Positions 27,311-35,636 of a stretch of 35,636 nt of DNA are shown piece by piece. A model generated the notes under the pieces. The model was not told the DNA's origin and ran no database searches. It saw nothing but the letters and a program-made list of their open reading frames with translations. The stretch spans positions 1 through 35,636 of the IMG/VR virus record IMGVR_UViG_3300005837_001107. One strand, given 5' to 3'. Position 1 is the stretch's first letter. The number at the start of each line of letters is the position of its first letter. Made by a program: the position numbers and the translations under genes. This DNA is from a virus (lineage: Duplodnaviria > Caudoviricetes).

Positions 27311-27691
27311 CTATGAGTTAAGTATTGATTCCCAAGCGGCTTCTCGGGCATCAGTATCAACCGTTCTACCAAGCGCTTTATTAACAGCCGCTGCTTTCGG
27401 ATAGCCATCGGTTTTAAAATTCTTTGGATCACCTTCATCCATCATCTTTTCGAGACAGGTAACGAGCTCTTCATCAAGTTGTACGGGTTCTTGTACAACG
27501 ATCTCTTCTTCGAACTCGACGACCTCAGCCGCCTCTTCTTCAACAACTTTAGCGTTGTATTCCTTTGCGCCCATTTGGATGGCTAGTAAGCCGATCTCTT
27601 CGGCGATTTCTCTGGGTACACCTGCTTCAAATAAAACTGCTGTACCGCCTAGGGTTGTGACTCGTAATGGTTCACTACTTACAATCTTCAT
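27311..27691 (-). CDS. Hypothetical protein downstream of the capsid gene
   Basis: 126 aa, AGGT RBS. C-terminal FKTDGYPKAAAVNKALG..REAAW small helical domain. Confidence 0.75.
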   Translation of the reverse strand: MKIVSSEPLRVTTLGGTAVLFEAGVPREIAEEIGLLAIQMGAKEYNAKVVEEEAAEVVEFEEEIVVQEPVQLDEELVTCLEKMMDEGDPKNFKTDGYPKAAAVNKALGRTVDTDAREAAWESILNS

Positions 27692-27706
27692 GATTAATAC
27701 CTATAT

Positions 27707-27734
27707 AAAAGAAAGCCCCCTCCGTAGAGGGGGC
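27707..27734 (-). terminator. Rho-independent terminator after the major capsid gene
   Basis: GCCCCCTC-TACG-GAGGGGGC-TTTCTTTT: 8-bp stem, cUACGg tetraloop and U-tract, 7 nt after the stop. Confidence 0.92.
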
Positions 27735-27741
27735 GATAGTC

Positions 27742-28890
27742 TTACTGGGCAGTATCGAGAGCGATAACACCGAAGTCCTGTACAGAGCCACTTACGTCGC
27801 TGTTGTACTTAGGCTTACGGAGACCGAAGATCTTGCCTACAGAGATACCTGACTGGTTGCCATAGTCGAAGGTGTCTTCAACCATTTCAGGCAGACCGAT
27901 GTCAGCCAGTGCCAGAGCCTGAGCACCACAGAACAGAGCACGTCCACCAACTACGTTAGCGTCAGCACCCCACTTGTAGCCAGCTGCGCCAGCGTTAGAG
28001 GAAGTACCAGTAGTTGCACCAGAAGTGTTAAACACGTGGCGGAACTCATGGATCATTACACCGTCAACCATCAACGAAGCAGAACCAGAGAACAGGCTGT
28101 TGCCAGTTCCTCGAACGCCAGCGTTGCGGACGTTAGCTAGGAAGTCAGAATCTAACTTCAGAGCAGCCATCTGCTGAGGAGTAACGAACATGTGGAAAGT
28201 TTCTTGGTTACCAGCACCACGGATACCACGGATGTAGTTGTCTTTGGCATAAGCCTTCAACTCTACGATTGTGCGGTAGCCGATCTTGTCAGCGTCAGCG
28301 ACAGCAGTAGTGTCACCAGCAACTAGACCGTTAGCATTGTCCCAACGACGGTGACGATCACCAGTTGGGGCAGAAACGTCTGATGCAAACTCCAGATCTG
28401 CTAACTCGTGGCCAGCAGAAGAAGAAGTAGTACGTAGAGCACCATTGTTTTTGTGAGTGAAAGCAACACCTGACAAGGTCAAGAACGCCAACTGGTCACA
28501 ACGGTCAGCCATTGCATAAGCAAGTGCGTCACGAGACTGCTCACGGAAGTTAACTACAGTCTTCTGGTCGGTCATACGGCCAGCGATGCGGTTAGCAAAA
28601 CGCAACTGATCCAGCTCAATGGTGATGTCATACGCGCGGAGGGCTTCTTCGTTGCCTTCCAGAGTATTGTCACCAGTGATGCCGTCGCCAGTCATGTCAG
28701 CGAGCAAAGTGATGTTAGCTTTTGTGCCTTTCTGGTTCTTAGTAAGTTCAGTAACTCGCTGAACCATTGCGTTAGAACCTGAACCAGCGAACTGGTTGAT
28801 GAAAGATTGGTTGCGAGCAACTTTCCAGAAGTCGCGGCTCCACGTTTGGAGCTGGTCGCCCGTAAGCGTACCGAAATTAGTTAAAGCCAT
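27742..28890 (-). CDS. Major capsid protein (N4-gp56 / DUF4043-type, HK97 fold)
   Basis: 382 aa with GDNTLEGNEEAL..I.LDQLRFA, LFCGAQAL and EDTFDYGNQ..DFGVIALDTA. AGGAGG RBS, strong codon bias, terminator downstream. Confidence 0.92.
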   Translation of the reverse strand: MALTNFGTLTGDQLQTWSRDFWKVARNQSFINQFAGSGSNAMVQRVTELTKNQKGTKANITLLADMTGDGITGDNTLEGNEEALRAYDITIELDQLRFANRIAGRMTDQKTVVNFREQSRDALAYAMADRCDQLAFLTLSGVAFTHKNNGALRTTSSSAGHELADLEFASDVSAPTGDRHRRWDNANGLVAGDTTAVADADKIGYRTIVELKAYAKDNYIRGIRGAGNQETFHMFVTPQQMAALKLDSDFLANVRNAGVRGTGNSLFSGSASLMVDGVMIHEFRHVFNTSGATTGTSSNAGAAGYKWGADANVVGGRALFCGAQALALADIGLPEMVEDTFDYGNQSGISVGKIFGLRKPKYNSDVSGSVQDFGVIALDTAQ

Positions 28891-29110
28891 GATGGCCTCC
28901 TGTTAAATAGACAAATAAATTCATGCGGCACACGCCGCCTTATCAGCCGACTTAAAGGAGCGGCTAATCCGTATTCCCGTATCGTGGGACAACGAACTAG
29001 CGCTTATTTACGAGGTGCGACCTCGGCAGGTTTTACGCCTTGTGCAGGCGAGGAATACGTTTTTAACGGCTACGGGCCGACCCCATATCGTAGGGATGGA
29101 CGTATAGAGC
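28891..29110 (-). ncRNA. Candidate structured 5' leader RNA of the capsid mRNA
   Basis: At least seven hairpins plus a long-range 8-bp stem in a 252-nt intergenic gap of an otherwise tightly packed operon. Confidence 0.6.
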
Positions 29111-29111
29111 A

Positions 29112-29128
29112 TATTAGTATAGCTAATA
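29112..29128. promoter_or_regulatory. Operator-like palindrome TATTAG-TATAG-CTAATA upstream of the capsid leader
   Basis: Perfect 6-5-6 inverted repeat. Minus-strand TATGCT overlaps it in the same register as TATAAT does at the 13333 site. Confidence 0.65.
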
Positions 29129-29142
29129 ATACAATGCAACCA

Positions 29143-29538
29143 CTATCGATAACGGGCAGTCTTCTTAGCAATCTTCTTTGGTTGCTTACTAAACTGTTTA
29201 CCTTTTCTAGTATCGGCGCGCTTCTTAGCACTAGTCTTTGCGTACTCTTTCTTGCTTAAAGACTCGCGAGCCTTCTTTGGTAAGTACCTTTCACCTGTAG
29301 CCTTCTTACCCTGAGTACTGTTTTTTCCGGATTTAGTGCCCCATTTCTCTTTAGTCCACTTAGAAAGAGACTTCTGAGCTTTGGTTTTACCTCCTCGATA
29401 GCCGCCACCAGCTTTTTTATAGCGTTGTGTCGCGAGCTGCGCTTTCCGAGCGCTCCACTGCCCAGCTTTACCGCCTTTCGAGCTCGCTTTTACATCGGCA
29501 ACAATGCGTTTCCACAGCTTTTCGTTGGTTCGGGCCAT
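29143..29538 (-). CDS. Highly basic protein (DUF5872-like)
   Basis: GGKAGQWSARKAQL..YKKAGGGY..SLSKWTKEKW..GERYLP. Very Lys/Arg-rich. Confidence 0.75.
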   Translation of the reverse strand: MARTNEKLWKRIVADVKASSKGGKAGQWSARKAQLATQRYKKAGGGYRGGKTKAQKSLSKWTKEKWGTKSGKNSTQGKKATGERYLPKKARESLSKKEYAKTSAKKRADTRKGKQFSKQPKKIAKKTARYR

Positions 29539-29542
29539 CAGA

Positions 29543-29833
29543 TCACCATTTAACTTTGTTAGCCCAATAGGCCGCGCTCATTTTGCCTTTCGAAATGTTG
29601 CGACGGTGCCTAGCTTTGAAGCTAGCTCGCTTCTTCTTCATCCGTTCGGACTCACCGGCCTTTGGTTTCCCCGCAGTTTTAGCTCCTTGCTCTCCAAAGC
29701 GTATGGTTTTGATCTTGTCTCCCTCTTTAGCCACAACAATGTGTGACTTTTTAGGGTGACTGGGCGTCCTTTTAGGTTTGTTGTAGCCCGAGACTCCAGC
29801 TCGGGCTAATCGTGGGTCTTTTTTCGCGGCCAT
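29543..29833 (-). CDS. Small basic protein, putative DNA-binding/core protein
   Basis: KKSHIVVAKEGDKIKTIRFG..RASFKARH..KMSAAYWA..W. GAGG RBS. Confidence 0.75.
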   Translation of the reverse strand: MAAKKDPRLARAGVSGYNKPKRTPSHPKKSHIVVAKEGDKIKTIRFGEQGAKTAGKPKAGESERMKKKRASFKARHRRNISKGKMSAAYWANKVKW

Positions 29834-29844
29834 TTGTTACCTCA

Positions 29845-30873
29845 CTATAAGATATCGCCTCGTAGACGTTTCAAAGTTGCTTCAGGTAGGGCGTCAAACT
29901 CCTCTTCGGTCATAGTTGAGAGATCAAGAGCTTTCTCACCGTGAGTTGAGGAGCTTTCGCCTGGGAGTTCTGGCGGTTGGGCGTCAGCGGCTTTCAATTT
30001 CTTACTGACTTGTGCTCGTTTTTTAGCCAATTCGTCAGTTTTCTGCGCCTTTCCAGCTAGACTTGGCACACTTTCTTGCGCTTGGTCTAAGTCGTGGTCT
30101 TTCACAACGTATTTGACAGCTTTTGATAGCGCATCTACTGCTTCGTAGCCCTTCATGATGAAAGCGTCACGTAACTCAACGACTTCGTTAGTCATATCTT
30201 CATTAAAATCATCTGAATTACGGTCAAAAACAGGGTACGCATCTTCCATAGCACTAGCGGCCTGTTGTAATGCAGTCATCTGGCGGTCTTGATTCACCGT
30301 CTGACTCATTTCTTGGCGCATTTCGTACTCTAACTGCTCGCGTTCGGCCTTTCGGATCTCTCTGCGGAGAGCAACTGCTTTCTCCGTTTCGCCATCAAGT
30401 ACCATATTTTGGTATTCGACTTCTTTCGCATCGAAATCGTAAGATTCGGGCGCTTCCTCTGCTTTTTCATTTGCTGCATTTATCTCATCAAGTTGCTTTT
30501 GTAATGCTTTTTGCTTTGCTAACACCTCATCGAGGCGAGCTTTTGGAACCATCGGCTTCTTAGCGGGCTTTTCCTTCGCTACTGGCTCCTCTTCGGCCTC
30601 TACTTCTGCGTCGTCCTGTTCAGTTCCCTCTTCGGGCTGTTCGACGCTTTCATCTTCGGCCACAGTTTCTTCGGATTCTTCGGCAACGGGTTCTTCCGTC
30701 TCGTCCTCTGCCACAACTTCTTCCTCTTCAGCAACTTTTTCTGGCTCCTCTTCAGGTGTTTCGAAACTCAAATCCAGCTGAGGGCCATCATCTTCTTCGG
30801 GCTTATCAGCCCCAGGCATTACGTCAAACTCAATTGGCTTATCTTCTGCTACTTCATCTTTTTGCTTACTCAT
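29845..30873 (-). CDS. Capsid scaffolding protein
   Basis: Very acidic N-terminus, MVPKARLDEV coiled coil, C-terminal MTEEEFDALPE. Lies between portal and capsid. Confidence 0.75.
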   Translation of the reverse strand: MSKQKDEVAEDKPIEFDVMPGADKPEEDDGPQLDLSFETPEEEPEKVAEEEEVVAEDETEEPVAEESEETVAEDESVEQPEEGTEQDDAEVEAEEEPVAKEKPAKKPMVPKARLDEVLAKQKALQKQLDEINAANEKAEEAPESYDFDAKEVEYQNMVLDGETEKAVALRREIRKAEREQLEYEMRQEMSQTVNQDRQMTALQQAASAMEDAYPVFDRNSDDFNEDMTNEVVELRDAFIMKGYEAVDALSKAVKYVVKDHDLDQAQESVPSLAGKAQKTDELAKKRAQVSKKLKAADAQPPELPGESSSTHGEKALDLSTMTEEEFDALPEATLKRLRGDIL

Positions 30874-32994
30874 TTAAGAACTCCTGTTAGTCCTGTTGGT
30901 GTTTTGAAACGCCGCCGTGGCCAACTTAGTCGCAGCGGAGGTTTGCGTTGCGTTTTCGCGCTGAGTATTCGTGGCAGAAGCCAGCTCGCGACGTAGTTGC
31001 AACTGTTCTTGGTTGATTTGAATCTTGGTTTGCAGCTCAGCCATGCGGATTTGCGGATCAATGTCAGCTTTATCCTGTGCCTTGGCGATGTTCATTGCGG
31101 CTTCGGACTGGAGCTTCTTAACTTCAGCTTCCAACTTCATAATTTCTAGCTGGATCTGTTGTTGCTGAATCGCCTGCTGTTGCTCCATTGCTGCCATTTG
31201 TTCTTCGGTCGGTGGCTCTTGACCTGTCATCTGGCGTATACGTTTCGCTAGCTGACCTTTCTTAGCTAAATGGCTGTATTCAATGATTGCGTCGTCAGGT
31301 ACTACGACGCCTGCTTGTCGTAATGCGATGGCTTCTGCGAACTGAACTTCATCGAAGCTGTCTCTTGCTGGCGCAGTTGCAACGATCACATCGTATTCAC
31401 CAATAGTCAGGTCATTAATGATTTGGCCTTCTGGAGTCTCTTCGTTAACCACCATTGGCTCGCGAGGCTTCAGCGGGTCTTCCTCATTAGTCACTTGGAT
31501 GACGCGCTGTTCTGTATAAAAAGTCTGTATGAGATTTAGTACAGATTCTGCGAGGTACTGCCGTGCCTTACGAAGATTATCGAGCGGTACTTGGATCATT
31601 ACCGCGCCGCGGTTCTGCTTAGCTTGGATCGCGACACCAGATACTTCTGCGCTATCAGAGCCCAACATGCTGTCGTTAACACCAGATATAGTTTTGATGT
31701 TTAACGCTGCTTTCTGAGCGATACGGTCTAGCCCAGTAGGTATCGTATTGGGTTGGATTTTATTTGGTGGTGTAGTGCCTCGAGCATATTCAAGAACCAG
31801 ACCAGTCTCAGCGCCATGCTCCTCGAGGTCGTCGGCAGTCATACCTACCAATGAACCGCTCTCTACCATCCAACCACTATTAGCTGTGGTATTAACTATA
31901 TGCAGCTCTTGGCTTGCAATCTTGTTCAACTGCTCCTGTGGTGAAAGGAGGTTACGAACAACACCAAATGGTCGGCCTCTGCGGAAGTAGCAGAAGAAAG
32001 GGATAATTGTGAACTGGTTATATGGCGACCAGTCGTCATGCAACACAACTTGGTCGCAAGTAACAGTCCAACGAATCTTGCGAATAACCTTACTAATCAA
32101 AGTCAGGTTGTACTGCTTTGCGAACTTTTTGTTCTTGTTTTCTGTCCACTCGTCGGGTGCTTGGCGTTGGTCACCTGTATCGGGGTCGACGAAGAAAAAC
32201 GCGCGGCTCAGCTTCTTGTGCTGGCGCTCCACGACGCGCAGTGCTTTTACATTGCGATACTCTTCGTCCCCAGGGACTCCCGCTCCGAAATAATCGTCGT
32301 TTGTTTCCGTATCTCCGAAGCGAGTCTCTTGGTACTCAACAGAATCTGGGCCAAAGCTCATCCCATTCTCAGCTACAAATAGTAGGCGGTCCGCACACTT
32401 CTTCCCGTACAACTCCTCGATCTCATCGAGAGTCATCCACTTAGTTTCGAAAACTTCGTTCCAAGTCTTGGGGTCAGCATCTTTCGCGTCCGGATCGATA
32501 AGTATGTCCAGCGGATCTTTAGCCGTGATTCGAATCTCACCTTCTACGTGATCGCTAAAGTCCATACGAACATCGAAGTACCCACGACCATCCATAATCA
32601 GACCGTCAGAGAAGACTTGTTGCTCAACCCAATCCAACTTGTTGTTGTCGGAAATTTGCATATACAACTTAGTCAGGGTGTGGGCTACGTCCTCGTCGCC
32701 GCCTCTTCGCGGTTTGAACTGTATGTCTGCTCTGCGGGTTGCTTGCTCACCAAGGATGCTATTAATAGTAGGAAGAATGGTATTGATGGTCAGGGCAGGG
32801 CGTCCTTCTTGTTCTAGTGCAGACTCATCATCTGGGTCCCACTGATCACCTTGATAGTACTCATCACATTTAAGTGCCATCTCTACATAATCTAAGTGCC
32901 CGTTGTCCCGTGCGCGCTCATATCGAGCCCACTGAGTACGAGTGATTTCTTCTTCCTTTGCAGGATCTACCTTCTTTGATTTTTTGTATGCCAT
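30874..32994 (-). CDS. Portal protein (P22-like)
   Basis: 706 aa with YYQGDQW..GRPALTINTI, GVVRNLLSPQEQLNK and SGVAIQAKQ, plus a Gln-rich C-terminal barrel. Follows terL. Confidence 0.92.
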   Translation of the reverse strand: MAYKKSKKVDPAKEEEITRTQWARYERARDNGHLDYVEMALKCDEYYQGDQWDPDDESALEQEGRPALTINTILPTINSILGEQATRRADIQFKPRRGGDEDVAHTLTKLYMQISDNNKLDWVEQQVFSDGLIMDGRGYFDVRMDFSDHVEGEIRITAKDPLDILIDPDAKDADPKTWNEVFETKWMTLDEIEELYGKKCADRLLFVAENGMSFGPDSVEYQETRFGDTETNDDYFGAGVPGDEEYRNVKALRVVERQHKKLSRAFFFVDPDTGDQRQAPDEWTENKNKKFAKQYNLTLISKVIRKIRWTVTCDQVVLHDDWSPYNQFTIIPFFCYFRRGRPFGVVRNLLSPQEQLNKIASQELHIVNTTANSGWMVESGSLVGMTADDLEEHGAETGLVLEYARGTTPPNKIQPNTIPTGLDRIAQKAALNIKTISGVNDSMLGSDSAEVSGVAIQAKQNRGAVMIQVPLDNLRKARQYLAESVLNLIQTFYTEQRVIQVTNEEDPLKPREPMVVNEETPEGQIINDLTIGEYDVIVATAPARDSFDEVQFAEAIALRQAGVVVPDDAIIEYSHLAKKGQLAKRIRQMTGQEPPTEEQMAAMEQQQAIQQQQIQLEIMKLEAEVKKLQSEAAMNIAKAQDKADIDPQIRMAELQTKIQINQEQLQLRRELASATNTQRENATQTSAATKLATAAFQNTNRTNRSS

Positions 32995-32996
32995 CG

Positions 32997-34640
32997 TTAT
33001 GCGCTCATAGCTGATTTAGTGCGTTCGCCTTTAAGTAAACCAGGGAGTCTGTCTCGCCAGCTTGGTATGTGTTCAACCTTCTCTACAAAGGTGCTGAACT
33101 CGGTCATCATCAAACCGATCCAAGCCAAGGCATCTACCTGATCGTCGTGTACGCCATTCGGGAAGCGCAATAACTCTGCTACCAAAGGGCCAGTAAATTC
33201 TTCATCTCTGGGCAGATAAACCATGCCCTGTTGCATCCGACCTTGGATCGCTCGTGCTCGTGCTTCTTTATCTCTGCGTCCTGTTTTGAGGTCCTTGAAA
33301 TACGCCTCATACAGTCCGCGTTCACGAACACGCTTCTCGAGGAACGGCCCGAGGGCCATCTCGATGTGTCCTTTCTCAATACCAATTATTGATGGCTTCC
33401 AAACTTCGTAGAGATCGAGGATCTGCTCAACCAATTCGAAACCATCAAAACGACCACGCACCATGTCCATCACAAACAGCTGGTCGTACTCATCAACACC
33501 TACAACGATGCCGACAGTGTAGTCGTTTCTATCGTTCTTACCGATCGCCAAGTCCCATGCGCAGTAGTAACGCATGCGGTCTTCATCTATCTCTTCGCGG
33601 TCGTAGTACTGCACCATCTCTCTGGTGAAGTAGTCACCGTCGTCCGCTACAGGATTCTGTTGATACAGCGCCGACCAGTCTCGAGGTCCAACGGCCTTCT
33701 CAATACGAGCAAGGGCTTCTTCGTCATATCGCTCGCGATGCAGAGCTTCTCCCTGATTTCTGAACTCTTCATCAACTTCAGCTCTTGCTGGGTAGTTAAC
33801 AACTTCCCACTGTTCTCCGTTATCTGCCGCTGCTTTAAGTAGTCGCCCCGCAAGATCGTCATCGTGCCAGCGAGTAAGGATGACCAGCACACCGCCACCA
33901 GGAGCAAGACGTGTGTACGCCGTAGACGTATACCAGTCCCAAGCAGAGTCACGTGCGTTCGAGGATTCGGCGTCGTCACGGTTCTTTACCGGATCGTCAA
34001 TGACAAGGATATGAGCGCCTTTACCAGTAATACCACCACCAACACCGGCAGCAACATAACCACCGCCAGAAGTTGTAAGCCATGCTTCAGCAGACTGCGA
34101 CTGTGGATCAAGACGGGTTTTAAAAGCTGACTTAAATCCTTCTTCTCGGAGGAGTCCACGAACCTTACGGCTGAACCCCATAGCGAGCGAACCCGAGTAG
34201 CTACAACTAATAAACTCATGCTCAGGATTTCGACCAAGGTGCCAAGCTGGGAATGCAACCGATGCAAGCGTGCTCTTACCGTGTCGAGGCGGCATAAAGA
34301 GCATAAGTCTTGGAGACTTTTTGTCTTTAACATCTCTAGAGAACTCCTCTAGTCGTTTACATATATCTTTATGCACCCATCCCGCTTGGTAGTCGGGGTT
34401 AAACCTCTCCACAAACGGGAGTAACCGTTTACGAGTCAGGAACCGCAGAGCGAGTTCCGCGCGCGCCTTCTCTTCAACCGACTCTTCCTTCGTGGGCTCC
34501 GGTTCGGGGCTCGCGGCTAGTGGTTCTTGCTCCGCGATGTCTGCCTTGCAATAGACACAGAGTCGGTCGTCTCCCGCGTACAGTGTTTCGGGGTGCGACG
34601 CTTTACAGCGTATGCATTCGACCTTGGCGACTTCTGTCAT
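32997..34640 (-). CDS. terL: Terminase large subunit
   Basis: Walker A MPPRHGKS, Walker B ILVIDDP, TRWH, nuclease motifs AWDLA and HDDQVDA. N-terminal CxxC..CxxC. Confidence 0.96.
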   Translation of the reverse strand: MTEVAKVECIRCKASHPETLYAGDDRLCVYCKADIAEQEPLAASPEPEPTKEESVEEKARAELALRFLTRKRLLPFVERFNPDYQAGWVHKDICKRLEEFSRDVKDKKSPRLMLFMPPRHGKSTLASVAFPAWHLGRNPEHEFISCSYSGSLAMGFSRKVRGLLREEGFKSAFKTRLDPQSQSAEAWLTTSGGGYVAAGVGGGITGKGAHILVIDDPVKNRDDAESSNARDSAWDWYTSTAYTRLAPGGGVLVILTRWHDDDLAGRLLKAAADNGEQWEVVNYPARAEVDEEFRNQGEALHRERYDEEALARIEKAVGPRDWSALYQQNPVADDGDYFTREMVQYYDREEIDEDRMRYYCAWDLAIGKNDRNDYTVGIVVGVDEYDQLFVMDMVRGRFDGFELVEQILDLYEVWKPSIIGIEKGHIEMALGPFLEKRVRERGLYEAYFKDLKTGRRDKEARARAIQGRMQQGMVYLPRDEEFTGPLVAELLRFPNGVHDDQVDALAWIGLMMTEFSTFVEKVEHIPSWRDRLPGLLKGERTKSAMSA

Positions 34641-35155
34641 TAATCACTCTTGGGTTCGAGGTAATCCAAATCCTTACCCGCGATCTTCAACAAGTCTTCG
34701 TCGCTCATTCTCTCGAGCTGTTTCGTTCCGTTAATGTTGATGTTCACTTGGGTAGCGTTTTCTGGTGCAGCAAGACCGTGTAGCTTCACCAGTGAATCGG
34801 TGGTGTTCTTCATCTCAGTGGCGTTCGCCGAGGTGTTGTACGCTTCCATGTACATCATGTGTGCGTGCTGATTGGTGAACTTCACCTCTTCGCGCATCTC
34901 TTGTCGGAAATAGTCGATCGCTTTCTGTACTTCAGGAACTTTCGCAGCGGCGTAGCTTGCTTGGGGGGACGAGTACCCTGCACCACGACCCGCGGCCGCG
35001 ATTGTCATACCCGAACTGATGAGCGAGACCAGCTTTTCTTGCTGCATGGTTAGCGATCCGCGGCTTATGCCCATATACGGCATATGCGACTGGAACTCTG
35101 TGTGCTCACTGACTAGGTCAGTGGATGGTTGCTCCTGGGGGTGCGCTTGATCCAT
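34640..35155 (-). CDS. terS: Terminase small subunit (putative)
   Basis: LTMQQEKLV..GMTIAAAGRGAGYS HTH-like region and C-terminal LERMSDEDLLKIA. TAATG-coupled to terL. Start reassigned to the ATG at 35155 (uncertain). Confidence 0.7.
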   Translation of the reverse strand: MDQAHPQEQPSTDLVSEHTEFQSHMPYMGISRGSLTMQQEKLVSLISSGMTIAAAGRGAGYSSPQASYAAAKVPEVQKAIDYFRQEMREEVKFTNQHAHMMYMEAYNTSANATEMKNTTDSLVKLHGLAAPENATQVNININGTKQLERMSDEDLLKIAGKDLDYLEPKSD

Positions 35156-35384
35156 AGAACTCTTGTTCGTCGTCAAAATATACAAACGCAGGCGCGCCAT
35201 CGAACTCTCTCGATGACACTTCTGCGATCCATTCTTCGGCGTACTCTTGCGAGAAGCCAGCGGCAACAATAATTGCGACAGCTTTGTCGTAGTTGTAAGC
35301 AAGTACTTCACGGCCATTTCTGACTGTGGAGCCGATAATTGCGGCATCTAAGCCATCAATCGCTACTACTTCAATGTCGCTCAT
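35118..35384 (-). CDS. Hypothetical acidic phage protein
   Basis: 88 aa, DGLDAAIIG..LAYNYDK..AEEW..PAFV. Starts 6 nt after a palindromic site. Confidence 0.7.
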   Translation of the reverse strand: MSDIEVVAIDGLDAAIIGSTVRNGREVLAYNYDKAVAIIVAAGFSQEYAEEWIAEVSSREFDGAPAFVYFDDEQEFYGSSAPPGATIH

Positions 35385-35390
35385 GTCGTA

Positions 35391-35407
35391 TATTAGCTCT
35401 ACTAATA
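35391..35407. promoter_or_regulatory. Operator-like palindrome TATTAG-CTCTA-CTAATA at the head of the packaging genes
   Basis: Perfect 6-5-6 inverted repeat occupying most of a 24-nt intergenic gap. Confidence 0.65.
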
Positions 35408-35408
35408 A

Positions 35409-35636
35409 TTAATCACAAGAAAAATCGTTAATTGTCTTGACCCACCAATAAAACATGTCCTCTGAGAGGGTGTGCTTCATGATGTTGATGCGGTAGGCAA
35501 CAAGTTGGACGTTATGAATCGTGTAACCTTTGTCTCCCGTGATTCTGTCGATGGAAGCGTTGTACTCTTTATAACCACTTCCGTCTTTGTGGTGTGTAAG
35601 GTACACACCGGATACGGCGCATTTGCCGTCTTGCTT
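35409..35636 (-). CDS. HNH / His-Me finger endonuclease-like protein, 5'-truncated
   Basis: The frame is open to the window end: KQDGKCAVSG..ASIDRI..KGY..NVQLV..INIMK. Confidence 0.8.
   Translation of the reverse strand, partial: KQDGKCAVSGVYLTHHKDGSGYKEYNASIDRITGDKGYTIHNVQLVAYRINIMKHTLSEDMFYWWVKTINDFSCD

Larger units (their letters stand above)
1..35636. mobile_element. Temperate podovirus-like phage genome fragment in attP (unintegrated) configuration
   Basis: Terminase, portal, capsid, ejection, lysis, fibre, integrase, xis and repressor genes are present. Phage genes lie on both sides of the att core, no host genes are seen, and there is no tape-measure or sheath gene. Confidence 0.93.

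Noticed and set aside
28984-29259. 91-aa plus-strand ORF across the capsid leader
   Set aside because: Antisense to the late operon, overlaps a real gene, and has no protein-like features. The region is better explained as structured RNA plus operator.
32997-34640. Intein or intron in terL, portal or capsid
   Set aside because: The ORFs are continuous and of normal length, with no splice-junction or homing-endonuclease motifs.

Overview
A 35.6-kb fragment of a temperate, podovirus-like tailed phage in its non-integrated (attP) configuration. The host is probably a proteobacterium (IHF boxes, tRNA-Ser target); a marine origin is my inference from the gene families. The left end (+ strand) holds the 3' part of a VRR-NUC-type nuclease, a CI-like repressor and an excisionase. 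These face a convergent tyrosine integrase, followed by an attP whose 20-bp core is the 3' end of a tRNA-Ser, with arm-like repeats and IHF boxes. From about 2.35 kb to the right end everything is a minus-strand late region. In transcription order it reads: HNH nuclease (truncated), terS, terL, portal, scaffold, two very basic small proteins, N4-gp56-type major capsid protein, two adaptors, a GNAT-like protein, four ejection proteins (one of 2560 aa), a lysis cassette, a fibre module, nozzle, a gpJ-like tip protein, a chaperone, a membrane protein and two unannotated micro-ORFs. The most notable unexplained signals are four. (i) A tandem paralogue pair in the fibre module whose predicted 5-hairpin/10-strand pattern resembles an ABBA prenyltransferase barrel, close to a Thr-tract adhesin. 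(ii) A ~220-nt multi-hairpin leader with alternative pairings upstream of the capsid gene. (iii) A 17-bp palindrome TATTAG-N5-CTAATA at three late-region intergenic sites, with degenerate copies before xis and cI. (iv) A 21-aa hydrophobic micropeptide with its own promoter beside attP. All family assignments are by motif recognition; no searches were run.
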